From Candidatus Pacearchaeota archaeon (GTDB taxonomy: Archaea > Nanobdellota > Nanobdellia > Pacearchaeales > UBA284): a stretch of DNA of 32,000 nucleotides. The position numbers and the translations under genes are program-made. Positions within the stretch are counted from its first letter, which is position 1; each line of letters begins with the position of its first letter. Of the stretch, positions 16,755-25,604 are shown piece after piece. The DNA is taken from positions 420,001 through 452,000 of the forward strand of contig CP061211.1 of assembly GCA_026016245.1 (NCBI GenBank). The letters run 5' to 3'. Under the pieces are notes generated by a model. It ran no database searches. It was not told the DNA's origin and saw only the letters and a program-made list of their open reading frames with translations.

Positions 16755-17441
16755 ATGTTCATAAAAAAGATTTTTCAAAACAAGGTTGATGAAACTGTAC
16801 ATAAACAATTCATAAGATTTGGTAAAGGGGAGTTTGGAAGCAAAGCTATAATAAATATAAGAAAAACTAGTGTGGTAAAGCTAACAACAAGTTTTGAACT
16901 AGCTGGGGATATCATAATTTTCATCAGTTCTCTTGCTCCATGGTTTAGAGTTGAGGGACTCTTGTCCAACAGGGAGCAGATTCCTTGTTTTGAAGGAAAG
17001 AAGAAAAAAGGGCTTTTTGTTTATAATATAGCAAAAGAGTTGAGAAGTGAAGAACTTAGAGATCTTGTATTAAAATCATATCCTACTTTACTTGATTGTA
17101 TTTCTGGAGATGAAAGTATAAACTTGAAGATAAAAAAGAGGATTCCAAAGCCAGGCAAGAAAACTGAAGCTAAAGTTGATGATAAGTTTTGTCAGTTAAA
17201 TCTTGATGCCAAATACTGGCCACAATTACATAATGAGTTTTTATTTGATCTGCCTTTTGAGATAAAGAAAGCAAGAATAGTGCATACTTTCATCATCAAA
17301 GATATAAAGATTCCGAAAGAGCTGGAAAAAGAGGGGGATTATGAAAAAATTAGGTTGGGGGCCAAGCGAATTGGAAAGGTGATAAGGAAGGTCGTTGTAG
17401 ACGGTAAAGAGATAGTAAAAGAGAAGGATTTTATAGCATAA
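16755..17441 (+). CDS. Uncharacterised protein
   Basis: Intact 228-aa ORF with coherent composition (KAIINIRKTSVVKLTTSFELAGDIIIF... WPQLHNEFLFDLPFEIKKARIVHTFIIKDIKIPKELE...), immediately upstream of the r-protein operon. Confidence 0.6.
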   Translation: MFIKKIFQNKVDETVHKQFIRFGKGEFGSKAIINIRKTSVVKLTTSFELAGDIIIFISSLAPWFRVEGLLSNREQIPCFEGKKKKGLFVYNIAKELRSEELRDLVLKSYPTLLDCISGDESINLKIKKRIPKPGKKTEAKVDDKFCQLNLDAKYWPQLHNEFLFDLPFEIKKARIVHTFIIKDIKIPKELEKEGDYEKIRLGAKRIGKVIRKVVVDGKEIVKEKDFIA

Positions 17442-17537
17442 ACTTTATAAAGTTCGTCAGATTCATTTTTATAGGTTCATACCTTTTTGGGGTTGTACTG
17501 GGTAGAATGACGCTAAAAATAAAATTAGCTATTAGAA

Positions 17538-18509
17538 ATGCCAAAGACACACAAGCCAAGAGCTGGGTCACTACAGTTCTGGCCGAGAAAGAGAGCTACT
17601 AGAATTTTATCTAGTGCGAACTGGAAACCTCTACAAAAAAAACATTCTGGTCTTCTTGGTTTTATATGTTATAAGGTGGGCATGATACGTGTTCTTGCTC
17701 GAGACTTAACACCTAATTCTATGACTAAAAATAAACAAATCATTATTCCTTCTACATTTGTTGGATGCCCCCCAATGAGAATTCTCGCAGTGAGATTCTA
17801 CAAAGATGATATGGTTGTTTTTGATATTCTTAATGAAAATCTTGATAAGGAATTAAAAAGAAAAATAAAGCTGCCTAAAGAAAAATCAAAAATAGGGAAA
17901 AGGCTGGTTGAGGTTGAGAAGAAAATAAATGAGTTTGATGATATTAGGCTTCTTGTTTACACTCTACCTAAAGAAACTGGCCTCAAGAAGACACCAGATA
18001 TAGCTGAAATAGGTCTTGGAGGAAGTAATTCAGAGAAATTAGATTTTGTTAAGAAATATATTAGCAAGGATATTAAGATGGTGGATTTTTTAAAGTCAGG
18101 ACAGGTTGTTGATGTGAGGGGCGTGACAAAAGGGCATGGGTTTACTGGACCTGTAAAACGTTTTAAGATAGGTCTAAGGCAGCACAAATCTGAGAAAGGC
18201 AGAAGACGCCCTGGAAGTGTTGGCCCCTGGACCCCTTCAAGAATCACTTTTAGAGCGCCTATGGCTGGCCAGTATGGCTTTTTTAGCCGAATTCAATATA
18301 ATTCTAAACTTTTAAGTTCTGGTTCTGCCAGAGATATAGAAAAATTTTCTTTTGAATTTCCACACTATGGTAAGATAAAAACAAACTATATTATTATTAG
18401 GGGTTCTATTCATGGGCCTGCTAAAAGACAGCTTCTTCTTACACTTCCTTTAAGAGAAACAAGATCTGCTACTAAGAAAAATTTTGAAATTTTAAATTTG
18501 CTAAAATAA
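17538..18509 (+). CDS. rpl3: Ribosomal protein uL3
   Basis: KTHKPRAGSLQFWPRKRA..., DVRGVTKGHGFTGPVKRFKIGLRQHKSEKGRRRPGSVGPWTPSRITFRAPMAGQYGFFSR. Confidence 0.97.
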   Translation: MPKTHKPRAGSLQFWPRKRATRILSSANWKPLQKKHSGLLGFICYKVGMIRVLARDLTPNSMTKNKQIIIPSTFVGCPPMRILAVRFYKDDMVVFDILNENLDKELKRKIKLPKEKSKIGKRLVEVEKKINEFDDIRLLVYTLPKETGLKKTPDIAEIGLGGSNSEKLDFVKKYISKDIKMVDFLKSGQVVDVRGVTKGHGFTGPVKRFKIGLRQHKSEKGRRRPGSVGPWTPSRITFRAPMAGQYGFFSRIQYNSKLLSSGSARDIEKFSFEFPHYGKIKTNYIIIRGSIHGPAKRQLLLTLPLRETRSATKKNFEILNLLK

Positions 18510-18510
18510 A

Positions 18511-19287
18511 ATGAAGAAAGTATCTATTATTGGATTAGAAGGAGGAAAGGTTAAGGAGATTGAATTACCAGCTGTGTTTAATGTTCATGTTCGTGAGGAT
18601 ATAATCCACAAAGTATTTGAATCAACTAAAAAACAGCAGCTCTATGGTTCCTATACATTAGCTGGAATAGAAGCTGCTGCTAGCAGCAAGCAGAGCCATA
18701 GAAGACATAAGTATAAGACTCTTTATGGTCATGGTATTTCCAGAGTTCCAAGAAAAGTTCTTACAAGAAGAGGGGAAAGATTTTATTGGAGGGGTGCTTT
18801 CATTCCTGGAACTGTAGGAGGTAGGGCAGCACATCCCCCAAAAGCATTAAAAAGAAGGATAAAAGTGAACAAAAAGGAAGGAAAGATTGCTCTTCAAGGC
18901 TCCATAGCTGCAACTGCTTCAAAAAAAATACTCGAGAAGAAATATAAGAAACTTAAAATCACTTTTGAGCTTCCAGTGATAATAGAATCCTCGATTTTGG
19001 AACAAAAAGCTAAGGACATAGCTAAGTTCATATCAAAATTATTAAACATAAGAATAAGGTCTGAAAAGAAAATAAGGGCTGGAAAAGGAAAGATGAGAGG
19101 AAGGAAATACAAAAAAGTTAGGAAAATTTTGCTTGTTACTTCAAGCAAAGAAAAAGCAAGCAAATTAAAAAATTTTGGTTTGGATATAACTCAAACTAGC
19201 CAATTAAATGTCTCAACTCTTTCTTCAGGAGGAATCCCTGGAAGAATTGTAATCTGGACTGAAAGAGCCATGGGAGAATTAAAATGA
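18511..19287 (+). CDS. rpl4: Ribosomal protein uL4
   Basis: YTLAGIEAAASSKQSHRRHKYKTLYGHGISRVPRKVLTRRGERFYWRGAFIPGTVGGRAAHPPKA. Confidence 0.96.
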   Translation: MKKVSIIGLEGGKVKEIELPAVFNVHVREDIIHKVFESTKKQQLYGSYTLAGIEAAASSKQSHRRHKYKTLYGHGISRVPRKVLTRRGERFYWRGAFIPGTVGGRAAHPPKALKRRIKVNKKEGKIALQGSIAATASKKILEKKYKKLKITFELPVIIESSILEQKAKDIAKFISKLLNIRIRSEKKIRAGKGKMRGRKYKKVRKILLVTSSKEKASKLKNFGLDITQTSQLNVSTLSSGGIPGRIVIWTERAMGELK

Positions 19288-19535
19288 AAAAAATATTACT
19301 ATATCCTTTAACAACAGAAAAATCAATTAGGATGATAGAGATTGAAAATAAAATTACTTTTGTGGTTAATAGGAAAGCAGGCAAAGTAGAGATCGCAAAG
19401 GCAATTACAGAAAATTTTAAATCTAAGGTCAAGGAGGTAAATGTTCAAATAATAAATAATAAAAAAGTGGCTTTTATCAGACTCAAACCTGAAACTCCTG
19501 CCATAGATATCGCAACAAAGCTTGGAATCATATAA
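19284..19535 (+). CDS. rpl23: Ribosomal protein uL23
   Basis: LLYPLTTEKSIRMIEIENKITFVVNRKAGKVEIAKAITENFKSKVKEVNVQI; start overlaps uL4 stop. Confidence 0.94.
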   Translation: MKKILLYPLTTEKSIRMIEIENKITFVVNRKAGKVEIAKAITENFKSKVKEVNVQIINNKKVAFIRLKPETPAIDIATKLGII

Positions 19536-19536
19536 A

Positions 19537-20238
19537 ATGGGAAAAAGAATAATATCACAAGCGAGAGGAAGAGGAAGCCTTACTTATAGAACAAGAAAAA
19601 AAGCATTTAGGATCAGTGTAAGCTATCCTAGCACAGAGGGGATAGGTAGAGTTGAGAAGTTAATAAATGTTTCTTGTTACAAGGCCCCGGTCGCTAAAAT
19701 AAGAATAGATGGAAAAGTCTTTTATAATATTGCTGCTGAGGGTATATATGAAGGACAAGAAGTTAGTGTTGGAAAAAAAGCAGATATCATACCAGGAAAC
19801 ATAACTCAGCTAGCAAATATCCCTATAGGAACTGAGATATTCAGTATTGAAACAGTCCCTGGTGATGGACCAAAATTAGTCAGAGCCAGTGGTTTAAATG
19901 CAAGAATCACTAAAAAAAGTCTTAAAGCTGTTTATGTTTTATTGCCTTCTAAAAAAGAAAAGATATTTAGTCCTAATGCTAGAGCCACTGTAGGAGTCAC
20001 AGCTGCATCTGGAAGACACGAAAAACCTCTTCTTAAAGCTGGTAAGAAGTACCACATGGCTAAGGCCATTGGAGGCAGGATTTATCCGAGAACAAGTGCT
20101 GTTAAAATGAATGTTGTTGATCATCCTTTTGGTTCTGGCAGGGGTAAAAGAATTAAGAGCAAAATAGCTAAAAGAAATGCCCCTCCTGGAAGAAAAGTTG
20201 GGTTGCTAAGACCAAGGAGGACAGGAAAGAGGAAATAA
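19537..20238 (+). CDS. rpl2: Ribosomal protein uL2
   Basis: [24 protein letters not shown]...[38 protein letters not shown]; ATG at 19537 preferred to the track start. Confidence 0.97.
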   Translation: MGKRIISQARGRGSLTYRTRKKAFRISVSYPSTEGIGRVEKLINVSCYKAPVAKIRIDGKVFYNIAAEGIYEGQEVSVGKKADIIPGNITQLANIPIGTEIFSIETVPGDGPKLVRASGLNARITKKSLKAVYVLLPSKKEKIFSPNARATVGVTAASGRHEKPLLKAGKKYHMAKAIGGRIYPRTSAVKMNVVDHPFGSGRGKRIKSKIAKRNAPPGRKVGLLRPRRTGKRK

Positions 20239-20239
20239 G

Positions 20240-20626
20240 ATGGTAAAAGAATTTAATTATAGGGGTAAAACACTTTCAGAATTGAAAACTATAGATCTAA
20301 GAGAGTTTTCAAAGTTTTTGCCTTCAAGAGAAAGAAGAAGTTTATTGAGACAATCAGAAATAGTAGAGAGATTCTTAAAACATTGTGAGAAAAAAATGGC
20401 CAAAGGAAAACCAATCAAAACACATTTGAGAGATCTGATAATTGTCCCGCAGATGGTTAACTTAACTATTAATGTTTATAATGGCAAAACTTTCTTGCCT
20501 GTTAAAATAGTTGAAGAAATGATGGGACACCGTCTTGGAGAATTTGCTCATACTAGAGGAAAAATTCAGCACGGTACTCCAGGTATTGGTGCAACAAGAA
20601 GTTCAGCTTTCCTATCAGTTAAATAA
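20240..20626 (+). CDS. rps19: Ribosomal protein uS19
   Basis: [70 protein letters not shown]. Confidence 0.96.
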   Translation: MVKEFNYRGKTLSELKTIDLREFSKFLPSRERRSLLRQSEIVERFLKHCEKKMAKGKPIKTHLRDLIIVPQMVNLTINVYNGKTFLPVKIVEEMMGHRLGEFAHTRGKIQHGTPGIGATRSSAFLSVK

Positions 20627-20633
20627 AGATAAA

Positions 20634-21230
20634 ATGGAAAAAACAAAAGAAATGAAGGAAGTAAAAAAAGAAGAAAAGAAAAAGGGAAGAAATATAGTTG
20701 CAAGAGCATTAGGAAAAGATTTTCCTATTAGTACAAAACACTCAATTGCTATATGCTCTTTTATTAAAGGAAAGAACCCGCAAGAAGTTATCACTTTTTT
20801 AGAACAGGTTATTAGAAAAAAGGTTGCTGTTCCAATGAAAGGAGAAATACCTCATAGAGCAAATATGCCAAAAGGAAAATATTCTGGAAGATATCCTGCA
20901 AAAGCATCTAGATATTTCATTAAATTACTAAAAAATTTGGTTGCGAATGCCTCTGTAAAGGGGCTCGACCCAGATTCTTTAATAATAAGTAAGGCGATAG
21001 CAAACAAAGCTTCAAGACCTTTTAGAGGAACGAGAATTGCTTATGGTAGAAAATTTTTCAAAAGAACACACATAGATCTTGAAGCAATTGAAATCAAGAA
21101 AAAGAAAAAAGAGGAAAAGAAAACAAAAGAAACAAAGGAAGAGAAAAAAGAAGAAAAGAAAGAGGAAAAAAAGCCAGAAGAAAAGACAGGAAAAGAGAAG
21201 AAAAAGGAGGAGAAGGAGAAAGAAAAATGA
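20634..21230 (+). CDS. rpl22: Ribosomal protein uL22 with K/E-rich extensions
   Basis: ARALGKDFPISTKHSIAICSFIKGKNPQEVITFLEQVI...KLLKNLVANASVKGLDPDSLIISKAIANKASRPFRGTRIAYGRKFFKRTHIDLEAIE. ATG at 20634 preferred to 20535, which lies inside uS19. Confidence 0.93.
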   Translation: MEKTKEMKEVKKEEKKKGRNIVARALGKDFPISTKHSIAICSFIKGKNPQEVITFLEQVIRKKVAVPMKGEIPHRANMPKGKYSGRYPAKASRYFIKLLKNLVANASVKGLDPDSLIISKAIANKASRPFRGTRIAYGRKFFKRTHIDLEAIEIKKKKKEEKKTKETKEEKKEEKKEEKKPEEKTGKEKKKEEKEKEK

Positions 21231-21991
21231 TTAAAAAGAAATTTATTGAAGCAAAAAAGCAGGAATTTGAGATAAAGGAGTTTATAAAAACACAGCTTGG
21301 GAAAGGGAGGGTGAGTGATATTAAGATTGAGAGAACGCCTGTTGGAGAAAAAATAGTGATAATAACTTCAAGACCTGGGCTGGTAATCGGTCGTGGAGGA
21401 GAGATTATTCAGAAAGTAAATACATCATTAAAGAAAAGATTCAAACTTGAAAATCCTCAGATTGAAGTATCTGAAATTCAAGAGGCAATATTTGATGCTC
21501 AAACTGTTGCTGATCAAATAGCTTTATCATTAGAAAGATTTGGCCCGCTTAGTTTTAAATTAATAGCATATAGAGAACTTGATGGGATATCAAAGGCAGG
21601 AGCTCTTGGTGCAGAAATAAGGTTAAGTGGCAGGCTTCCAAGCGAGAGATCTAGAAGTTGGAGATTCGCTTTTGGTTATCTCAGCAAGACAGGGGCAATT
21701 GCAGATATTATAGTTAACAGAGCCCAAGCAAAGGCATTCACAAGACCAGGAGTGGTTGGTGTAAAGGTAGCAATAGTTCCTAGAGATGCTAAGATCCCTG
21801 ATAAAATAAGCATCAGTAAGAAAATTATAGAAGAAGAAATAAAAGAAAAGTTAAAGAAAGCTGAGGAAGAGGCAGAAGTAAAAACTAAGAAAAAGGCAAA
21901 ATCTAAAGAGAAAAAGAAAAGGAAGAAAACAACTAAGAAAAAGAAAGAAGTAAAGGAAGAGAAAAAGGGAGGGGAGGAGGAAGCAAAATAA
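21227..21991 (+). CDS. rps3: Ribosomal protein uS3
   Basis: IEAKKQEFEIKEFIKTQL...VIITSRPGLVIGRGGEIIQKVNTSLKKRF...GAEIRLSGRLPSERSRSWRFAFGYLSKTG. Confidence 0.96.
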   Translation: MIKKKFIEAKKQEFEIKEFIKTQLGKGRVSDIKIERTPVGEKIVIITSRPGLVIGRGGEIIQKVNTSLKKRFKLENPQIEVSEIQEAIFDAQTVADQIALSLERFGPLSFKLIAYRELDGISKAGALGAEIRLSGRLPSERSRSWRFAFGYLSKTGAIADIIVNRAQAKAFTRPGVVGVKVAIVPRDAKIPDKISISKKIIEEEIKEKLKKAEEEAEVKTKKKAKSKEKKKRKKTTKKKKEVKEEKKGGEEEAK

Positions 21992-21992
21992 A

Positions 21993-22187
21993 ATGGCAAT
22001 ACTTAGAAATAGAGAAATACAAGTTTGGAATAAGAAAGAATTATTAAATAAAAGAAAAGAGCTTCAGCTTGAATTATTAAAATTAAAAATTCAAAAAGGC
22101 CAGGCAAGCGCTGGAACTAAAAAATTAAAAGAAATTAAAAAAACAATAGCAAGAATTAATACTAAGTTAAATCAACTTAAAGAATAA
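21993..22187 (+). CDS. rpl29: Ribosomal protein uL29
   Basis: RNREIQVWNKKELLNKRKELQLELLKLKIQKGQASAGTKKLKEIKKTIARINT. Confidence 0.9.
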   Translation: MAILRNREIQVWNKKELLNKRKELQLELLKLKIQKGQASAGTKKLKEIKKTIARINTKLNQLKE

Positions 22188-22188
22188 G

Positions 22189-22479
22189 ATGGATATATGC
22201 CCAAATTGTGGCTTACCAATAGAAACTTGCATTTGTAAGGAACTAGCAAAAACAAAACAAAAGATAAAGATACAGACAACGAAAAGAAGATTCGGTAAAA
22301 TTGTTACAATAGTTTCAGGGATTGAGAATGACATCAAAGGAATAGCAAAAAAACTGAAGGAAGAGTTGGCTTGTGGTGGAACAGTAAAAAACAACACCGT
22401 TGAACTTCAAGGAAATCATATAAACAAAGTGAAACAGAAATTGATAGAGATTGGATTCAATAAAGATAATATAGAATAA
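22189..22479 (+). CDS. Translation initiation factor eIF1/SUI1 homolog
   Basis: CPNCGLPIETCICKELAKTKQKIKIQTTKRRFGKIVTIVSGIE...LAKKLKEELACGGTVKNNTVELQGNH-type SUI1 signature. Confidence 0.92.
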   Translation: MDICPNCGLPIETCICKELAKTKQKIKIQTTKRRFGKIVTIVSGIENDIKGIAKKLKEELACGGTVKNNTVELQGNHINKVKQKLIEIGFNKDNIE

Positions 22480-22502
22480 ACAAAGCAAGAAAAAACAAGA
22501 AA

Positions 22503-22724
22503 ATGAAGGAAGTGCCGCAGTTAGTCATAGGTAGCATAATAAGAATAACAAAAGCAAAGAACAAGTCACTTAGAGGGATGGGAGGAAAAGTGATAGATGA
22601 GACAAAAAATTTACTCATCATCGAAACAAGAAAAGGAATAAAAAAAATAATTAAAGAGCAAATAGAATTTAAGATTGAAAATGAAAGAAAAGAAGAAAAA
22701 GGAAGAAGGAAGGAAGAAGGATAG
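22503..22724 (+). CDS. rnp1: Ribonuclease P protein component 1 (Rpp29/Pop4)
   Basis: LVIGSIIRITKAKNKSLRGMGGKVIDETKNLLIIETRKGIKKIIKEQIEFKIE; canonical operon position between SUI1 and uS17. Confidence 0.85.
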   Translation: MKEVPQLVIGSIIRITKAKNKSLRGMGGKVIDETKNLLIIETRKGIKKIIKEQIEFKIENERKEEKGRRKEEG

Positions 22725-23019
22725 TGCGAAGTGTGATGACAAGAAATGTCCGATTCATGGCCAGTTAAGTATAAGAGGAAAATATTTTAAAGGAAGTGTT
22801 AAGAAAATAGTTGGCCAGAGAGCTGTTATTGAATTTAAGAGACTCATTTATGTGAAAAAATATGAACGTTTTTCCAAGGCATCCACAAAATTGCATGCTT
22901 ATCTACCCAAATGTTTGATTGAAAAAATAAATGTTGGAGATAGAGTAAAGATAGGCGAATGCAGGCCCTTGAACAAGATAATGCATTTTGCTGTAATTGA
23001 AAAAATAAAAGAAAAATAA
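22681..23019 (+). CDS. rps17: Ribosomal protein uS17
   Basis: CPIHGQLSIRGKYFKGSVKKIVGQRAVIEFKRLIYVKKYERFSKASTKLHAYLPKCLIEKINVGDRVKIGECRPLNKIMHFAVIE. Exact start uncertain (ATG 22681 overlaps Rpp29 by 44 nt). Confidence 0.9.
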   Translation: MKEKKKKEEGRKKDSAKCDDKKCPIHGQLSIRGKYFKGSVKKIVGQRAVIEFKRLIYVKKYERFSKASTKLHAYLPKCLIEKINVGDRVKIGECRPLNKIMHFAVIEKIKEK

Positions 23020-23020
23020 A

Positions 23021-23422
23021 ATGAAAGCAACAGCCGCAAGAATTGTGAAAGGAATCAATATAGGAGCGTTGATAAATGTCGCAGATAATAGTGGAGCAAA
23101 AATTGTAAGAATAATTGGAGTAAAAAGAGGCAAGGGCAGAAAGGGAAGGCAGATAGCTTGTGGTGTGGCAGATCTTGTGAGAGTCAGTGTTCGTAAAGGA
23201 ACTATTGCAGTACGTAAGCAGGTTTTTTTTGCTGTTGTAGTGAGGCAGAAAAAAGAATATAGAAGGAATACTGGTGAACGTATTAGTTTTTTTGATAATG
23301 CTGTGGTTATACTTAAAGATAAAGAAGGGAATCCAAAAGGAACCCAAATTAAAGGGCCTATTGCTAGAGAGGCTGCTGATAGGTGGCCTTTTGTGTCTAG
23401 AGTGGCAAATCTCATTGTTTAA
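23021..23422 (+). CDS. rpl14: Ribosomal protein uL14
   Basis: RIVKGINIGALINVADNSGAKIVRIIGVKRGKGRKGR...NPKGTQIKGPIAREAADRWPFVSRVANLIV. Confidence 0.96.
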   Translation: MKATAARIVKGINIGALINVADNSGAKIVRIIGVKRGKGRKGRQIACGVADLVRVSVRKGTIAVRKQVFFAVVVRQKKEYRRNTGERISFFDNAVVILKDKEGNPKGTQIKGPIAREAADRWPFVSRVANLIV

Positions 23423-23425
23423 AAA

Positions 23426-23818
23426 ATGAAACAAAAATTTTCACGGAAATGGAAGGCATCAAAACAGCCTAGAAAACAAAGAAAATACAAAGCCAAAGCT
23501 CCATTACACGTGAAACATAAAATGTTAGCTACTCATTTATCAAAAGAGCTTAGAAAGAAACACGGTAAAAGATCTATAACTTTAAGAAAGGATGATGTTG
23601 TTAAAATAATCCGTGGAACCTTCAAAGGAAAGCAAGGAAAAATTTCAATAGTCAACATGAAAAAAATAAGGGTTTATATTGAAGGGATACAAAGAACGAG
23701 AAAAGACGGGACAAAGGTCAATGTCCCATTTAATCCTTCAAACCTAATAATTGTAGAATTAAATTTAGATGATAAAAAAAGAAATAAAAAATTAAGGAGG
23801 AGAGAAGGAGAAAAATAA
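23426..23818 (+). CDS. rpl24: Ribosomal protein uL24
   Basis: KRSITLRKDDVVKIIRGTFKGKQGKISIVNMKKIRVYIEGIQRTRKDGTKVNVPFNPSNLIIVEL. Confidence 0.95.
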   Translation: MKQKFSRKWKASKQPRKQRKYKAKAPLHVKHKMLATHLSKELRKKHGKRSITLRKDDVVKIIRGTFKGKQGKISIVNMKKIRVYIEGIQRTRKDGTKVNVPFNPSNLIIVELNLDDKKRNKKLRRREGEK

Positions 23819-23819
23819 A

Positions 23820-24482
23820 ATGCATCTTAAAAGAATAGCTATGCCAAGAAGTTGGCCACTTCCAAAGAAGGAAAGAACATTTATTGTAAAAGGTAGGGGT
23901 CCCCATCCTTCAAAGATGTCCCTTCCTCTACTAGTGGTTCTTAGAGACATAATAAAAGAGGCTAAAACAAGAAAGGAAGTTAAAAAAATATTGAGTGAAG
24001 GTCTAGTTCTTATTGATAATAGGGTTATAAAGGATGAAAAATTTAATGTGGGATTATTTGATAGAATTTATATTAAAAAGCTTGAAAAGGCATTCACTGT
24101 ACATCTAACAAAAAAAGGGAAACTTAAGATTCAGGAAATAAGCAAGGAAAAAGTTCATAAAAAACCTTGTAAAGTAGCTGGGAAAAAGATTCTTAAAAAA
24201 AATAAAGTGCAGATTAATTTACATGATGGCCGAAACTTGATAATAAAAGAGAAGGATATTAGGGTTGGGGGGAGTATAATTCTTGATCTAAAAACAAATA
24301 AAGCTACTGATTATTTGAAACTAGATAAGGGTTCTTTAGTATTGGTTATTGGTGGAAAACATACTGGAGATAATGGCAAAATTTCTGATATAGATGATAA
24401 AGTATCTGTGGTGATAGGGGAGAAAATATTCAAGATATCAAAGGAAAATGTATTTGTTATAGATAAGGGAGAATTAAAATGA
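23820..24482 (+). CDS. rps4e: Ribosomal protein eS4
   Basis: HLKRIAMPRSWPLPKKERTFIVKGRGPHPSKMSLPLLVVLRDIIKEAKTRKEVKKILSEGLVLIDNRVIKDEKFNVGLFD. Confidence 0.95.
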   Translation: MHLKRIAMPRSWPLPKKERTFIVKGRGPHPSKMSLPLLVVLRDIIKEAKTRKEVKKILSEGLVLIDNRVIKDEKFNVGLFDRIYIKKLEKAFTVHLTKKGKLKIQEISKEKVHKKPCKVAGKKILKKNKVQINLHDGRNLIIKEKDIRVGGSIILDLKTNKATDYLKLDKGSLVLVIGGKHTGDNGKISDIDDKVSVVIGEKIFKISKENVFVIDKGELK

Positions 24483-24982
24483 ATGAAGACAAAATGAGAG
24501 AGATTAAAATAGACAGTATAACATTGCACTGTTCAACATCAGACCCAGGAAAACTGGATAAATCTATAAAACTCCTGAAGTTGATTGCCAAGGCAACTCC
24601 TGTTAAAACACTGGCCAAGAAAAGGATCCCTGCATTCAAGATAAGGCCAGGACTGCCGATTGGTTGTAAGGTTACTGTTAGAAAAAATACTAATGAATTA
24701 TTGAAAATGTTATTTACAGGTATACCCTCCCTTAAAGATAAACAGTTCAATCCAGGCTTTTTAAGTTTTGGAGTAAAAGAGTATATTGAAATTACTTCGA
24801 TACCCTATCAAAGAGATATTGGAATAATAGGTTTTGATGTTGTTGTTAAATTAAAGAGGCCTGGTTTTAGAATAACACAGAGAAAAAGAACAAAAAGCAA
24901 GATAGGAAAAAAACATAGAATTACAAAGGTTGAAACAAAAGAATTTTTTGAAAAAAATTTTGAAATAAATATTGAAAAATAA
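24479..24982 (+). CDS. rpl5: Ribosomal protein uL5
   Basis: [94 protein letters not shown]. Confidence 0.94.
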   Translation: MNEDKMREIKIDSITLHCSTSDPGKLDKSIKLLKLIAKATPVKTLAKKRIPAFKIRPGLPIGCKVTVRKNTNELLKMLFTGIPSLKDKQFNPGFLSFGVKEYIEITSIPYQRDIGIIGFDVVVKLKRPGFRITQRKRTKSKIGKKHRITKVETKEFFEKNFEINIEK

Positions 24983-24983
24983 A

Positions 24984-25214
24984 ATGACAGCAAGCGATTG
25001 GAGAAAAATATTGAAGCAACTGGAAAATAAGCCAGCAATAAAAGCTCGCTTTTTGAAATTTTGTAAGCCAAAGGACCGTAAGTTTGGAATTGCGGCGCGT
25101 AAATGTGTAAGGTGTGGAAGATATGGAGCACACATCAAAAAATATGATCTCCATCTCTGCAGACAATGTTTCAGAGAAATAGCTAAAGAAATTGGTTTTA
25201 AAAAATATATGTAA
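24984..25214 (+). CDS. rps14: Ribosomal protein uS14
   Basis: [44 protein letters not shown]; ATG at 24984 follows the uL5 stop. Confidence 0.93.
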   Translation: MTASDWRKILKQLENKPAIKARFLKFCKPKDRKFGIAARKCVRCGRYGAHIKKYDLHLCRQCFREIAKEIGFKKYM

Positions 25215-25216
25215 AA

Positions 25217-25603
25217 ATGGTAGTTAGAGACTGGCTTTCGGCGATGCTGAATGATTTAATGAATTGCAAAAAAGCTGGAAAGAAAGAAACTATAGCGATG
25301 CCTGTATCCAACTTGATGTTGGGGGTATTAAAAATATTAAAGGATGAAGGGTATATTGAAGATTTCAATATAGTGGAGGATAAGTTTAAGCATGTTTTAA
25401 TAAAAATCAAAAAAATAAACAAGTGTGGGGCAATAAAGCCCAGATTTTTTGTGAAAAAAAAGGAGTTTGATAAGTATATTAAGAGATACCTTCCTGCAAG
25501 AGGTTTTGGGATACTCATAGTTTCTACGAATAAAGGTTTGATTACCCATCGTGAGGCTATAGAAAAGAATATTGGAGGAAGCTTGATAGCTTACTGTTAT
25601 TAA
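25217..25603 (+). CDS. rps8: Ribosomal protein uS8
   Basis: DWLSAMLNDLMNCKKAGKKETIAMPVSNLMLGVLKILKDEGYIEDF...RYLPARGFGILIVSTNKGLITHREAIEKNIGGSLIAYCY. Confidence 0.95.
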   Translation: MVVRDWLSAMLNDLMNCKKAGKKETIAMPVSNLMLGVLKILKDEGYIEDFNIVEDKFKHVLIKIKKINKCGAIKPRFFVKKKEFDKYIKRYLPARGFGILIVSTNKGLITHREAIEKNIGGSLIAYCY

Positions 25604-25604
25604 A

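Noticed and set aside
20535-20633. Upstream extension of the uL22 ORF
   Set aside because: Overlaps the uS19 coding region out of frame; ATG 20634 follows the uS19 stop and gives the normal protein.
22844-23434. Large antisense ORFs (22844..23434 and 22903..23415, minus strand)
   Set aside because: They lie fully opposite well-conserved uS17/uL14; Phe/Ser/Leu-rich composition is typical of antisense K/E-rich AT-rich genes.
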